Below, one piece after another: positions 33,354 through 43,720 of a stretch of DNA of 64,000 bases; positions within the stretch are counted from its first letter, which is position 1; each line of letters starts with the position of its first letter. The stretch lies in the NCBI GenBank assembly GCA_943354005.1, contig CALRBE010000002.1:25810-89809 (forward strand). Direction: 5' to 3'. Position numbers and translations under genes: made by a program. The notes under the pieces are model-generated. The model saw only the letters and a list, made by a program, of their open reading frames with translations, did no database searches and was not told where the DNA came from. The DNA is from an uncultured Candidatus Saccharimonas sp. (GTDB lineage: Bacteria; Patescibacteriota; Saccharimonadia; Saccharimonadales; AWTP1-31).

Positions 33354-36254
33354 ATGTTTAAATATTTGAACAAAATTTCATCAATAACTCTAGCATTTGT
33401 TTTTATGCTTAGTTTTGTTGGAGCTTCTTTATTGTCACCGCAAAAAGCTAGTGCAGCAATTAGTAACGGAGAATTACAGGCCAAAGCGCAAAAAATACAG
33501 AAGCTAGAGTTATTCAAAAAATGTGTAGACGCAGTGCTAACAGTATCTTTCGCTAAAACAACATCACCCTTTGAAAGTGGAAGATTCAAAGTTGGACACC
33601 TAGTTGATTCTGATGATGGTAAGTGGGACTGTGGAGGCGATGGTACTAGAGAAGATCAACTATTTAAGCTACTTCTAGTTAATGGTGATGATAATAAAAC
33701 CTACACTGGATTCTACGGTGGTAATAACGCTTATACTCTTCCGGAAAGAGGAAATGTAAAAAATGTCGTTGGAGACGATAAGCCGTTTCTTAAATTTATT
33801 AACGAGGCTAATAAGAGTAATTACGACTTAAATAGTAAAGATGATGGCCTATCACTAGATGCTGCAAAAAAGAAAATAAGAGGTCAAATTAATAGAACGC
33901 TTGATTCCATAAAGGCTGATGGAAAAGAGCTTAATGCTCTTCGTTATGAAAACATGGCGGCTTCATTTTTTGGTAAAGGAGCATGTGGCGCAAGAGAGAT
34001 TAAAAATATTAATAATGCGTCAAAAGATGTTGTTAAAGTCGGCAGTACCTCGTATGAAGTAAACGACGACACCGGTCTAGTAGCTGTAGGCTACGGCCGC
34101 CTTGGAACAGAAGATGGGGACTTTAGTTGTGAGAATATAGCAAAGTCGCTAGGCAATCTTCAAGCGGATTATAACTCTGTCTCGGGCACGAAAGGGCAGA
34201 TACCTCCCGGTGCAGTTGATGGTGACTCCGGGTCATCAACTGCTGGAGAAGACGAGAGTTGTGAAGCAAAAAGTGGTGTAACAGCCTGGTTCGCATGTCC
34301 ATTTGTAGCATTAATAGGTGAGGCACTAAATTGGATCGATGAACAGATAAATAGGTACATGGTACTAACGCCCGATTTATATAAAGATAATGATGACCTT
34401 TATGAGGCCTGGACATCATTTCGTAATATTGCCTTGTCTTTATTAATAGCGGCCATGATGGTGATAGTTATTAGCACCGCTTTAGGCCTAAGTTTCTTGG
34501 ATGCATATACTGTAAAAAAGGCTTTTCCTAGACTTGTAGTTTCAATCATATTCATTTTGCTTTCTTGGTGGGTCTGCGTATTTTTAATCGATCTAGTAAA
34601 TGTTATTGGTCAAGGAATATTAGGCCTAATGACCTCGCCATTCCCAGCATCGGATAGTCTAGGAAAAATGTTTACCACAGAAAATGCAGGCGCCAATGTT
34701 GCAGGCGCCGCTGGATCATGGGCTGTTTTGGGTATTGGTATTTATTTTCTCGGAAATGTACCTGGCACGTTAGGAATTATCGGAAGTTGGATTGGCGCAG
34801 CAGTACTAGTGCTGCTAGCTGCTTACGTTACTTTGATTGCGCGTCAAATGTTTATAATTGTTCTTATTATTTTCTCCCCTTTGGCGATTCTTGCATGGAT
34901 TTTTCCAGCAACTTCAAAAGCATGGAGGTTCTGGTGGGAGGGATTCATTAAGGCATTGTTAATGTACCCAATGGTGATGGCATTAATTGGTGCAGGCCGT
35001 ATCTTTTCATCAGTTGCCGGTCAATCTAAGGAAGGCTTGTTGGCTGCAATTCTAACACTTACTGCCTACGTCATACCATATGCATTTATTCCTTTCACCT
35101 TTAAGGCTGCTGGGGGCTTGTTTGGTAACTTTGCTGGAATGGTGAATAACCGTTCTAAGGGTGGCTTTGATAGGTTGCGTAAAGTTCGTCAAAAGAATAC
35201 AGCCGAAATGGGTCAACGTGCCAAGACTGGCCAATTAACTAAGGGTTCCGGTCGTTTCAATAATAGAGTAAACCGAGCTGTACGTGGTGCAGCTGCTGGG
35301 CCTTCAGGTGGCTTCGGCTTAACAAGCACTGCCCGGGGTCGTATTTTCGATGATGAGCAGGCAGCCGTAGATGCAGTGGAAATGAAAAAGACTGCCGCCT
35401 GGCAAGGAGCGCAGTTTAAAAATAATACTATGCGAGCTTTAACTCATACTAACGAAAGGGATGCTCGCGCGGAGCTTGTTAGTAGAGGCGTCAGTGAAGC
35501 GGCAATAGAAGAGGCTTTAGTAGGTGCTAAAAAGATAGGCTACGGTCGTACAAGCCAAATAGCGGCTTCCCAGCAACTTGCAGTTAATAAGGACGGTTTC
35601 ACCAATGCTGTAGATGCATCGAAATTAGTAGATCGAGTAGCGGGCAGTAACGGGACTCTTCGTTCAAGCCTCAGGGAAAATGTTAAATACACTAGTAAAC
35701 AAGTTGGAAGGAATGATCTGGGTGCATTGCAAGATCGTCAAGCTGGCGAAACGGAACAGCAATGGAATGATAGGATGACAAACGCTGGGTTTGAAAATAT
35801 AGACCCTTATTCATTGGGACGCGAACATGCAAAAAGTTATGAAAATCTTGCAGCTTCAAACGCTAATGAGTTTGAAGATGCCGTTAGATCATGGTCATCT
35901 CCTGGAGGTAGGACTACAATGAATAAAGATCGGGTAATTGCTGCCCGAACCCGAATAGAAGAAACTATGAAAAATGCGCCGTCTGCTACTGGAACTAATG
36001 CCAGAGAAGCCGTTAGGTTATCAGACAGAATTGCCGGAGCGGATGAACGAATAAGACAAATAGATGAAACGCAGGTTCAAGTTGGTACAGACCCGAATAC
36101 TGGTGCACCGATCTTCAGAGGTTACTCTGAAATACTTGGATGGAGAGCAGACTTACCGGTACAAGGGGTCGTACAAGGTCAAGTTGGTACTGGAGGACTA
36201 GCAAGAACAACTAACCCCAGGGATGAAGAAAGAATGAGAAACCAGGGTCCGTAA
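33354..36254 (+). CDS. VirB6/TcpH-like polytopic T4SS channel protein with large N-terminal ectodomain and C-terminal soluble domain
   Basis: Start trimmed to MFKYLNKISSITLAFVFMLSFVGASLLSPQKASA (signal peptide). A ~330-aa ectodomain, then ~7 TM helices (residues ~350-600), then a ~370-aa hydrophilic C-terminus. The call rests on position and topology, not a motif. Confidence 0.55.
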   Translation: MFKYLNKISSITLAFVFMLSFVGASLLSPQKASAAISNGELQAKAQKIQKLELFKKCVDAVLTVSFAKTTSPFESGRFKVGHLVDSDDGKWDCGGDGTREDQLFKLLLVNGDDNKTYTGFYGGNNAYTLPERGNVKNVVGDDKPFLKFINEANKSNYDLNSKDDGLSLDAAKKKIRGQINRTLDSIKADGKELNALRYENMAASFFGKGACGAREIKNINNASKDVVKVGSTSYEVNDDTGLVAVGYGRLGTEDGDFSCENIAKSLGNLQADYNSVSGTKGQIPPGAVDGDSGSSTAGEDESCEAKSGVTAWFACPFVALIGEALNWIDEQINRYMVLTPDLYKDNDDLYEAWTSFRNIALSLLIAAMMVIVISTALGLSFLDAYTVKKAFPRLVVSIIFILLSWWVCVFLIDLVNVIGQGILGLMTSPFPASDSLGKMFTTENAGANVAGAAGSWAVLGIGIYFLGNVPGTLGIIGSWIGAAVLVLLAAYVTLIARQMFIIVLIIFSPLAILAWIFPATSKAWRFWWEGFIKALLMYPMVMALIGAGRIFSSVAGQSKEGLLAAILTLTAYVIPYAFIPFTFKAAGGLFGNFAGMVNNRSKGGFDRLRKVRQKNTAEMGQRAKTGQLTKGSGRFNNRVNRAVRGAAAGPSGGFGLTSTARGRIFDDEQAAVDAVEMKKTAAWQGAQFKNNTMRALTHTNERDARAELVSRGVSEAAIEEALVGAKKIGYGRTSQIAASQQLAVNKDGFTNAVDASKLVDRVAGSNGTLRSSLRENVKYTSKQVGRNDLGALQDRQAGETEQQWNDRMTNAGFENIDPYSLGREHAKSYENLAASNANEFEDAVRSWSSPGGRTTMNKDRVIAARTRIEETMKNAPSATGTNAREAVRLSDRIAGADERIRQIDETQVQVGTDPNTGAPIFRGYSEILGWRADLPVQGVVQGQVGTGGLARTTNPRDEERMRNQGP

Positions 36255-36270
36255 AGAGAGCATCAGTATA

Positions 36271-37257
36271 ATGGCAACTTACAAAGTATTACAAGACATA
36301 GAAGCAGAGGATAAGTTTTTAGGACCCTTAACCCTAAAGCAGTTCATCTTTGGTGCCATCACTTTAGTGAGTGGATACTTAAGTTTTCTGTTTATAACAA
36401 AGGGGTTGCCGCTTCTAGCGATACCACTATTTCCACTGATTATTGTGACAGGTTTTCTAGCCTTCCCTTGGGGAAGAGACCAGCCAACGGAAACATGGCT
36501 CCTAGCTAAACTGCGATTTTACTTTAAGCCTCGTAAAAGAATATGGGATCAGACGGGAATTCAAGAACTCGTTAAAATTACTGTTCCTAAAGTGGTCAAT
36601 CAATATACTAGCGATAACCTATCGCAAGATGAGGTAAGGCAAAGACTTAGAGCTTTAGCAGAGACTGTAGATACTAGAGGCTGGGCCACTAAGAATATTG
36701 TCAGTAATCCTGCCTACGCCGTAGCTGGAGGAGCTGCCAGTGATAGACTGATGAATCCTACAATGCTTCCTTCAGTAATATCGGCTGTAGATATCCCGGA
36801 TAGCGAGGATATATTTGATAATCCGCAAGCCGCTCAGATAGCTGCAAAGATAGAAGAGAACAGCCAAAAACATAAGAATGAAATAATTGAGCAGATGCAT
36901 AAACCAGATGATTCTCGACCAAGTTGGTTTATGCAGAATAATCCTAGTAATGATGGAAATCTTCCAGCTGCTTTTAGAAATAAAGAAAGTAGTCTCGATC
37001 CAAATGAAAAAGCTTTTCTTGATGAAATTCATGAGAATAAAAGTCAATTTGGTCAATCATTCAGAAACCACAAATCATTGTCACCTATTAGTGATGTCCC
37101 AGTGCAAAAAAGTCCAGTTTCACAAGTGACAGTAGCCCCTGACCCTGTTACAATTGAACTTGCAAGGAACAATGACAGAACCGTTGAAAGTCTTGCGCGT
37201 GAGACCAATCAAGCTCACGAACAACTCGACGAAGAAGTAATTGTTTCTCTTCATTAG
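36271..37257 (+). CDS. PrgI-family (VirB3-like) T4SS membrane protein with extended C-terminus
   Basis: N-terminus MATYKVLQDIEAEDKFLGPLTLKQFIFGAITLVSGYL, followed by a second TM helix. This matches the PrgI family pattern, and the gene lies upstream of virB4. Confidence 0.6.
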   Translation: MATYKVLQDIEAEDKFLGPLTLKQFIFGAITLVSGYLSFLFITKGLPLLAIPLFPLIIVTGFLAFPWGRDQPTETWLLAKLRFYFKPRKRIWDQTGIQELVKITVPKVVNQYTSDNLSQDEVRQRLRALAETVDTRGWATKNIVSNPAYAVAGGAASDRLMNPTMLPSVISAVDIPDSEDIFDNPQAAQIAAKIEENSQKHKNEIIEQMHKPDDSRPSWFMQNNPSNDGNLPAAFRNKESSLDPNEKAFLDEIHENKSQFGQSFRNHKSLSPISDVPVQKSPVSQVTVAPDPVTIELARNNDRTVESLARETNQAHEQLDEEVIVSLH

Positions 37258-37287
37258 TACTAGAGCGGGTGGGTAGTAAACAAATAT

Positions 37288-38241
37288 ATGAATCCTTCTT
37301 ATAATCAGCCTCAAATGGGTCAAGCGAATACAACTGGCGTCCCATCTAATCCTTATGGGCCACCTCCGACGAGTGGGGTAGCTTCTCAGTCTATTGCTAT
37401 GCCTGGGTCAGTGCCAGTAACAAATGTTCCTGGAAATACCTATGAGCCTCAGATGAGATCAGGTTCACAGCAGCCAGGCGTAATACAAACTCCTGTTGCT
37501 GCACCCAAATCAAATCCTAATAGCACTCAAAATGCTTTGCAGATGGCAGAGATACGTGACGGTATTGTTATTATGAATGATGGCAGCTTCCGTTCGGTTA
37601 TCATGGTTAAATCTATTAATTTTGATCTTATGAGTCCTGAGGAAAGGGAAGCAGTTGAATTTAGTTATCAGGGCTTTTTAAACTCTTTGTATTTTCCTAT
37701 TCAAATTACGATTCGTTCTCAAAAGGTTGATCTCGGTCCCTACATTCAAAAGCTCGATAAGATACGCTCAGAGCATGACAATATGCTCTTAGCGGTACTT
37801 ATGGATGACTACATTAATTATATGGACACCTTAAGCCAGCAAGTAAATATCATGGACAAGAAGTTTTATTTAGTAATTCCTTATTACCCGGTAGTAGATG
37901 TACAAAAGGCGTTGTCCTCAAGTAAGGGTCTCGTTAAAGGTGTTTCAGCATTGTTCAGTAGGAAGCCTCAAAACCAGGTACTAATTAATGAAGCCGATCT
38001 ATTGAAGGCAAAGGATGAACTACGCAACAGGGTACAGGCGGTATTAGGGGGGCTTATGCAGTGCGGTGTTCAAGGACTGCCACTTGATACCCAGGAATTA
38101 ATTGAACTTTACTATGACAGCTACAACCCCGACACTGCAACCCGCCAACCACTCAAGAATTTCGAAGATCTTTCAGTGCCTGTGGTATCTAAAGGAGTTG
38201 GTGAGGCACCACAGCCTGGCCTAGATAGGGAGATGCTGTAA
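37288..38241 (+). CDS. hypothetical T4SS-associated protein (P/Q-rich N-terminus + globular domain)
   Basis: 317 aa, with a TAATG overlap onto virB4. The globular part (EIRDGIVIMNDGSFRSVIMVKSINFDLMSPEEREAVEFSYQGFLNSLYFPIQI) resembles N-terminal regions of Gram-positive VirB4-type proteins. Confidence 0.5.
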   Translation: MNPSYNQPQMGQANTTGVPSNPYGPPPTSGVASQSIAMPGSVPVTNVPGNTYEPQMRSGSQQPGVIQTPVAAPKSNPNSTQNALQMAEIRDGIVIMNDGSFRSVIMVKSINFDLMSPEEREAVEFSYQGFLNSLYFPIQITIRSQKVDLGPYIQKLDKIRSEHDNMLLAVLMDDYINYMDTLSQQVNIMDKKFYLVIPYYPVVDVQKALSSSKGLVKGVSALFSRKPQNQVLINEADLLKAKDELRNRVQAVLGGLMQCGVQGLPLDTQELIELYYDSYNPDTATRQPLKNFEDLSVPVVSKGVGEAPQPGLDREML

Positions 38242-40154
38242 TGGCGTTCGGAAAGAAAAAACAAGCTGTAGATCCTGTCGCGATAGCTCAAGCTCAAAAA
38301 GTTAAAGAAGAGCAAGAGGTAGGAGCAGCCTTTCAAAAAGGTGTTACTGCGCTACGCGATTTTATTGCGCCAAGCTCTCTAGTTTATGAAAATAATTTCT
38401 TTCATATTGGAACCCGTTTCGCTCGCACCATGTATGTATATGGATACCCAAGACAAGTTTTCACTGGTTGGCTTAGTAGTATGGTTAACATGGATGAAGT
38501 TATGGATCTTTCCATGTATATTTACCCTGTAGAAAGTCAAGTTGTACTTGAAAACCTCAGAAAAAAGGTTACTCAGCTTGAAGCTGGATTGCAGATTGAC
38601 GCAGAAAAGGGTAGAACACGTGACCCAGGTAAGCAAGCTGCTATTCAAGATGCTGAAGAAATGCGGGATAAGCTTCAAGTTGGCGAAGAACGTTTCTTCC
38701 GATTTGGCATGTATTTCACAATTTACGGTACTAGCATGGACGAATTAGAGTTTGTGACACATAAAATTGAGTCCGTTCTAGGTCAACAACTCGTTTATTC
38801 TAAAACAGCAACGTCCCAGCAGGAGCAAGCTTTTAATAGCGTTATACCGCAATTCACAGATCAACTTCTAATTAGAAGAAATATGAACACTGGTGCTATC
38901 AGTACAAGTTTTCCATTTACTAGCGCAGATTTAAGTCAAGATAATGGAATAATGTATGGCATAAACATGCATAACTCAGGACTAGTTATTTTTGATAGAT
39001 TTAGTCTTGAAAACGGAAACTCTGTTGTATTTGCTAAATCCGGAGCTGGAAAATCTTTTGCAGTAAAACTTGAGGCTCTTCGAAGCTTAATGTTCGGAAC
39101 AGAGATATTTATCATCGACCCAGAGAACGAATACCAGAGAATGTGCGAGTCCGTTGGAGGTGCTTACGTAAGATTAAGCCTGAACTCAGCTACACGTATT
39201 AACCCTTTTGATCTTCCTTTAGTTATCGATAACGAGGATGCAGACAACGCTCTTAGAAGTAACATCATAACGTTGCATGGTCTGCTTCGTCTCATGATGG
39301 GTGGAGCACAATCACAAATGGTTTCAGGTGGAACAGCTTCGATGCCTGCGCTTAACCCGGTAGAAGAATCTGATCTAGATGCTGCCCTTATTGAAACTTA
39401 CGCAAAAGCCGGTATTACAAACGACCCGCTAACCCATAAAGCTCAGCCGCCAACGATCGTAGATCTTTACGATGTCTTATTACATATGGGAGGTACTGGC
39501 CCTCAGCTTGCTCAACGATTACGTAAATATACCACCGGAACTTTCGCGGGCATATTCAGCCAGCAATCCAATACCAATATTAACAATCCAATGGTTGTTT
39601 TTAATATTCGTGATCTAGAAGATGAGCTACGTCCGGTCGCTATGTATATTGTTCTTAACTACATCTGGAATAAGACTAAGAGCGATAAGAAAAGACGCAT
39701 CCTCATTATCGATGAGGCTTGGCAGCTCATGAAGTACGAAGATTCAGCAAACTTCATGTTCAGTCTAGCAAAACGATCTCGTAAATATAACCTCGGAATT
39801 ACAACCATAAGCCAAGATGTCGAAGACTTCATGAATAGCCGTATGGGCCGTGCGATCGTGGCTAACGCTAGCATGCAGCTTCTTCTAAAACAATCTTCAT
39901 CTGCTATAGATAAGCTGGCTGAAGTCTTTAAGCTGACGAGTGAGGAAAAGAAGCGTCTTAGCCAATTCCCAGTTGGTCAGGGTCTATTCTTTGCAGGTCA
40001 AAGTCACGTGCACATACAGATTAGCGGCAGTCCGACAGAAACTGCACTTATTACGACTAACCCTGAGCAGGTTAAGGAAATAGAACAGCAGGGTGAATTA
40101 AATCAACCTCAAGGTACAATTGACCTTACTAACAGACTAACTCCGGGATCATAG
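38241..40154 (+). CDS. virB4: VirB4/TrsE-family T4SS ATPase
   Basis: 637 aa. Walker A FAKSGAGKSF, Walker B RRILIIDEAW. The N-terminal ARTMYVYGYPRQVFTGWLS block is typical of the CagE/TrbE/VirB4 family. Confidence 0.85.
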   Translation: MAFGKKKQAVDPVAIAQAQKVKEEQEVGAAFQKGVTALRDFIAPSSLVYENNFFHIGTRFARTMYVYGYPRQVFTGWLSSMVNMDEVMDLSMYIYPVESQVVLENLRKKVTQLEAGLQIDAEKGRTRDPGKQAAIQDAEEMRDKLQVGEERFFRFGMYFTIYGTSMDELEFVTHKIESVLGQQLVYSKTATSQQEQAFNSVIPQFTDQLLIRRNMNTGAISTSFPFTSADLSQDNGIMYGINMHNSGLVIFDRFSLENGNSVVFAKSGAGKSFAVKLEALRSLMFGTEIFIIDPENEYQRMCESVGGAYVRLSLNSATRINPFDLPLVIDNEDADNALRSNIITLHGLLRLMMGGAQSQMVSGGTASMPALNPVEESDLDAALIETYAKAGITNDPLTHKAQPPTIVDLYDVLLHMGGTGPQLAQRLRKYTTGTFAGIFSQQSNTNINNPMVVFNIRDLEDELRPVAMYIVLNYIWNKTKSDKKRRILIIDEAWQLMKYEDSANFMFSLAKRSRKYNLGITTISQDVEDFMNSRMGRAIVANASMQLLLKQSSSAIDKLAEVFKLTSEEKKRLSQFPVGQGLFFAGQSHVHIQISGSPTETALITTNPEQVKEIEQQGELNQPQGTIDLTNRLTPGS

Positions 40155-40156
40155 TA

Positions 40157-43100
40157 ATGGCGACAGATCTAGAAGAACGAAATGCTGGAATATACGATGA
40201 CGATAATCCCGCTTGGAAAACGTCCGTAGATAAAACAGGTGAAACTGGCGACGAAGGATCTTCTAGTGATGCCCTGGCATCAAAAGATATTCAAGCTAAG
40301 GAAAAATCAGGAGCTAAATCCTCTTCAACTAAAGCAGACAAATCCGAAGGAGGCTCACTGTACAAAGCAGGAAAGCCAAAAAAACTTTCCATTGCATCAA
40401 CTTTTTCCAGAAAAAGGGCAGCTATTGGTTTCGGTATTGCTTCTTCATTAATTACTGTATTTGTAGTAATTTTCTTACAAATTCCAAACTTACTCGTCAA
40501 TCAGCTTAAAGAAATGCTCATTGGCCGGATTGGTAATGTGCAAATGTACCAGCAAAGAAGCTATCGGCAAAAAAAAGTCCCTAAGATGAAAAATTTCTTT
40601 AGTCGAGAAGGAAGAATGGGCGAAAAGATGTTAGCAGAGATGAAAATTGATGGATATGAAGCGATCTTTAGTCCAGACGGTAAATCAATAATTGGATTAA
40701 AAAGTAGCAGTACTGCTGATGGTTTAATTGGAGATGGTATAGGTGACAATACAGAGGGTTGGATCAACGAAAGGCATCCATTTAGATCCGCGCGATGGAG
40801 AACTAAAAGGATGAATGCTTTTAAAAAGGTCTTCGGTGTTACGAGTACTTCAGTTATAGATGCAGAAAAAGCAAAGAGTGGTCCAGATAAGGATCTTTCG
40901 GCAAAACAACAAGTCAATAAAGGCGTTGGTACAGATGTGCTTGATCCTGATAAAGGTGGGGCTATAGATGATGATCTTAAAGTTACCGGTAATGATGCCG
41001 ATCCAGCAAGTACTCCTGAAGCTGATGCTGAAGCTGAACGCAGAGTTACAGGGGCTTTAGAAACTGATAATGCAATTGGCGACGAGATAGAAGCGAGCCG
41101 TGACGCCATTTTAAAAGATGGGGCAGACGTCAAGCCAAACGGGATTGTTGAAGGAATCGCAAGCGGCGGCTTAGATGAACCGCTTAAAAATGCCCTGGAT
41201 GATGTGAATGCCCCATCAGTAGGCAGCACACTTAAGGGGGCTAAGGGGGTTTTAAGTCCTTTGGATTTTGTTGATAAAATTTGTACGATTAGAAAACGTA
41301 CACAGGGCGCCCTACAATTAGCTAGAGCAGCGAGATCTATTAAACTCATTAGATATACAATGGTTTTTATTAATGCGGCTGACGACACTCGTAGAGGCAA
41401 TGCGAATCCAAAACTTCTTAGTGAACTAATGAAACGTGTTACATCAGAAGACAAAAATGGCAACGCAATCGGAGGATCTCCCGGTTTTGCATATATGATG
41501 AAGGGTAAGTTTAGTAAGAGCAGGAATAAAAACGTAAAACAATCAGTAGCGGTAGACGGTAAGCTGACAGGAATTGTTGGAGGAATTAGCGAGCAAACTG
41601 ATAAACTTCCGGGCCTTGGTGTTGGTTGTCCAATAGCGCAAAACCCACTTGTCCAAGTTGCAGCGGGAGTTGGGTCTATTGTTGCAGGATTAAGTTCGGG
41701 AGGTTTGAGTGCTGCAGCACAGAAAGCAGCACTCGAAGCAGTTGAATTTGGTGTAAAGCAAGCCGTCAAAAAAACTGTAATATCGATTATTAAGAGTAAA
41801 GCTACACAGGGAGCAGCTCTTTCCATTGCTGGAGGATTTACTTTTGAGGCTTTCATGGGATATCTTGACGCTTATGTCCAGCAACAGCTTACCTTACCAT
41901 TCACTGGACAAGAAAAAGGGGGGCAACTTGGCGATATTCTTGTAGCTGGAGCGGGAGCCTCAAACAAACAGCGTTCGCTATCTGCTGGAATGGTTCCTGC
42001 AACGTCAGAACAGTATGCAGCTGCAGAATCAGAGTACATTGCATGGAGAGATGAACAGTTTAAGAATCTAAGTTTTAAAGAAAGAATTTTTAATTCCGAA
42101 CATCCTAATAATCTAGCGTTCAACCTTGCACTAGCCTCCCCGACGAGTGCTACCGATTTTGCTAATAAGACAAAAGACGCCTCAGTTTCTTTAGCATCTT
42201 CAGTCTTGAACCCTGGAAAATACATTAGCTTATTAGGTAATATCTTTAGTGGAAAAGTGTCTGCTGAAGATGAAGACTATGTACCGTATGAAACTTATAC
42301 TTTAAATGGGGGAAATGGGGATAGAACAGAATTAGCGACTGATCCCGCAGGTAATCTTCAGGTTATCATGAGGTCAGATATTGAAGCTATCGACCCTGAA
42401 CCAAACATGGATTCTCTTGTTGCCGAAGAACAGGTAAATCCCGAAACAGCCTTGCCAATTGATGGAACTCCTTTTGACCGACATATAAAGAACTGTGTTG
42501 ATAACCCTGACATACTTAGTCAAATTGAAGAAGATGATGAGTTCGATTGTCTTGCAAAAAAACCTGAAACTAAAAGATTTAAGGCTCACTTAGCTTATCT
42601 AGATACAAGAGATGCATATGAGGCTGAGTTTTTTCCTGAAGACATAGATACTCCCACTGCAGCAGACTCGGCAGCGGTAGGATCAGGTAACAATAAAGTA
42701 TACACAGTTGGTGATTCCCTAACAGTAGGTATGCGAGATGCTGGAGGACTGAGGGATAAATATACTGCTGCAGGCTGGGATTCAACCGACATTGAAGCAA
42801 CTGTTGGAGAAAGAACTGAGCAGGCAATAGTTAAAGTTACTGCAGATAGCGCAATAGTAGCTCAGGCAGGAACGGTAGTTGTAATGCTTGGCACGAACCA
42901 ATCTACTGGTTATGCAGATAAAATAAAGCAGATGGTCGACACTATACGAGGGATAAATCCAACGGCTAATATAGTCTGGATGAATTCTCGTACGGATAAA
43001 CAAGACTATGCAGCGGACAATGCTAGCCTACTGCTTCAATCATTGGCATTAAAATTCAAGGTTATTGATTGGAGTTCTGAATATGCGAAAAACAAAGCCA

Positions 43101-43720
43101 AATATCCTGGTGCTGGCGATGGAATACATTTAAACGGAGCTGGCTATGCAGCAAAGTCTACTTTTCTTATTTCACAGTTAGGGCCACCTCCGACTGCGGG
43201 TACTGCTGGTGTTTCAGCAGGACTAACTTGGCCGCTTCAACAAACAAAAGCACAGGTCCAAAGCTCTCTTGGTTCATGTCTACAGATAGCTCAAAAATCA
43301 ATATGTGATGCTGGTCATAAGTATAAAGCACATGATCTATTTGCAGCTCAAGGTACACCAGTTTTTGCAGCCGCTTCTGGAACGGTATTAAAGGCAAGTG
43401 TCGGTGGTTGTGGCCACGGTTTCGGTAAAGCATTCACTGTTACGGTATACGATTCTGTGAATGATACTACGTATTTCTATCAGCATATGGATCCCGGTGC
43501 AGGAGGCGTAGCTAACGGTGCGGTATTAAAACCAGGAGATAAGATTGGAGTAGTAGGATCAACCACGGCTGCCTGCAATACACCACCGCACCTACATTTT
43601 GATGCCATCAAAGGCAAGGGTAGGGCCTCATGCAGTAGAGAAGGCTGTTCGGCCGAAGTAAAAGCAAGATTTATTGATATTTCAAAAGGACTATACCAGG
43701 GCTATGAAGTACTACCATAA
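40157..43720 (+). CDS. membrane-anchored multi-domain cell-wall hydrolase (SGNH/GDSL esterase + M23 metallopeptidase)
   Basis: 1187 aa. TM helix AAIGFGIASSLITVFVVIFLQI. SGNH block I VYTVGDSLTVG and block V GDGIHLNGAGY. M23 motifs HKYKAHD (HxxxD) and PPHLHFD (HxH) at the C-terminus. Confidence 0.75.
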   Translation: MATDLEERNAGIYDDDNPAWKTSVDKTGETGDEGSSSDALASKDIQAKEKSGAKSSSTKADKSEGGSLYKAGKPKKLSIASTFSRKRAAIGFGIASSLITVFVVIFLQIPNLLVNQLKEMLIGRIGNVQMYQQRSYRQKKVPKMKNFFSREGRMGEKMLAEMKIDGYEAIFSPDGKSIIGLKSSSTADGLIGDGIGDNTEGWINERHPFRSARWRTKRMNAFKKVFGVTSTSVIDAEKAKSGPDKDLSAKQQVNKGVGTDVLDPDKGGAIDDDLKVTGNDADPASTPEADAEAERRVTGALETDNAIGDEIEASRDAILKDGADVKPNGIVEGIASGGLDEPLKNALDDVNAPSVGSTLKGAKGVLSPLDFVDKICTIRKRTQGALQLARAARSIKLIRYTMVFINAADDTRRGNANPKLLSELMKRVTSEDKNGNAIGGSPGFAYMMKGKFSKSRNKNVKQSVAVDGKLTGIVGGISEQTDKLPGLGVGCPIAQNPLVQVAAGVGSIVAGLSSGGLSAAAQKAALEAVEFGVKQAVKKTVISIIKSKATQGAALSIAGGFTFEAFMGYLDAYVQQQLTLPFTGQEKGGQLGDILVAGAGASNKQRSLSAGMVPATSEQYAAAESEYIAWRDEQFKNLSFKERIFNSEHPNNLAFNLALASPTSATDFANKTKDASVSLASSVLNPGKYISLLGNIFSGKVSAEDEDYVPYETYTLNGGNGDRTELATDPAGNLQVIMRSDIEAIDPEPNMDSLVAEEQVNPETALPIDGTPFDRHIKNCVDNPDILSQIEEDDEFDCLAKKPETKRFKAHLAYLDTRDAYEAEFFPEDIDTPTAADSAAVGSGNNKVYTVGDSLTVGMRDAGGLRDKYTAAGWDSTDIEATVGERTEQAIVKVTADSAIVAQAGTVVVMLGTNQSTGYADKIKQMVDTIRGINPTANIVWMNSRTDKQDYAADNASLLLQSLALKFKVIDWSSEYAKNKAKYPGAGDGIHLNGAGYAAKSTFLISQLGPPPTAGTAGVSAGLTWPLQQTKAQVQSSLGSCLQIAQKSICDAGHKYKAHDLFAAQGTPVFAAASGTVLKASVGGCGHGFGKAFTVTVYDSVNDTTYFYQHMDPGAGGVANGAVLKPGDKIGVVGSTTAACNTPPHLHFDAIKGKGRASCSREGCSAEVKARFIDISKGLYQGYEVLP

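Noticed and set aside
33269-33589. 106-aa minus-strand ORF across the start of the VirB6-like gene
   Set aside because: It is antisense to the signal-peptide region of a well-supported gene, runs into the divergent promoter region, and has no motif.
40376-40575. A8 homopolymer tracts inside coding regions as phase-variation switches (40376 and 40568, plus others at about 2681, 12195, 58793 and 61683)
   Set aside because: Runs of 8 A/T are expected by chance in lysine-rich genes of an AT-rich genome. No evidence of frameshifted alternative ORFs was seen around them.
40561-41856. 431-aa minus-strand ORF inside the 1187-aa hydrolase gene
   Set aside because: It is fully antisense to a gene with recognisable TM, SGNH and M23 features. 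Its translation is low-complexity (S/P/A/L/C-rich) with no motifs, so it is a shadow ORF created by the GNN/AAR-rich sense codons.
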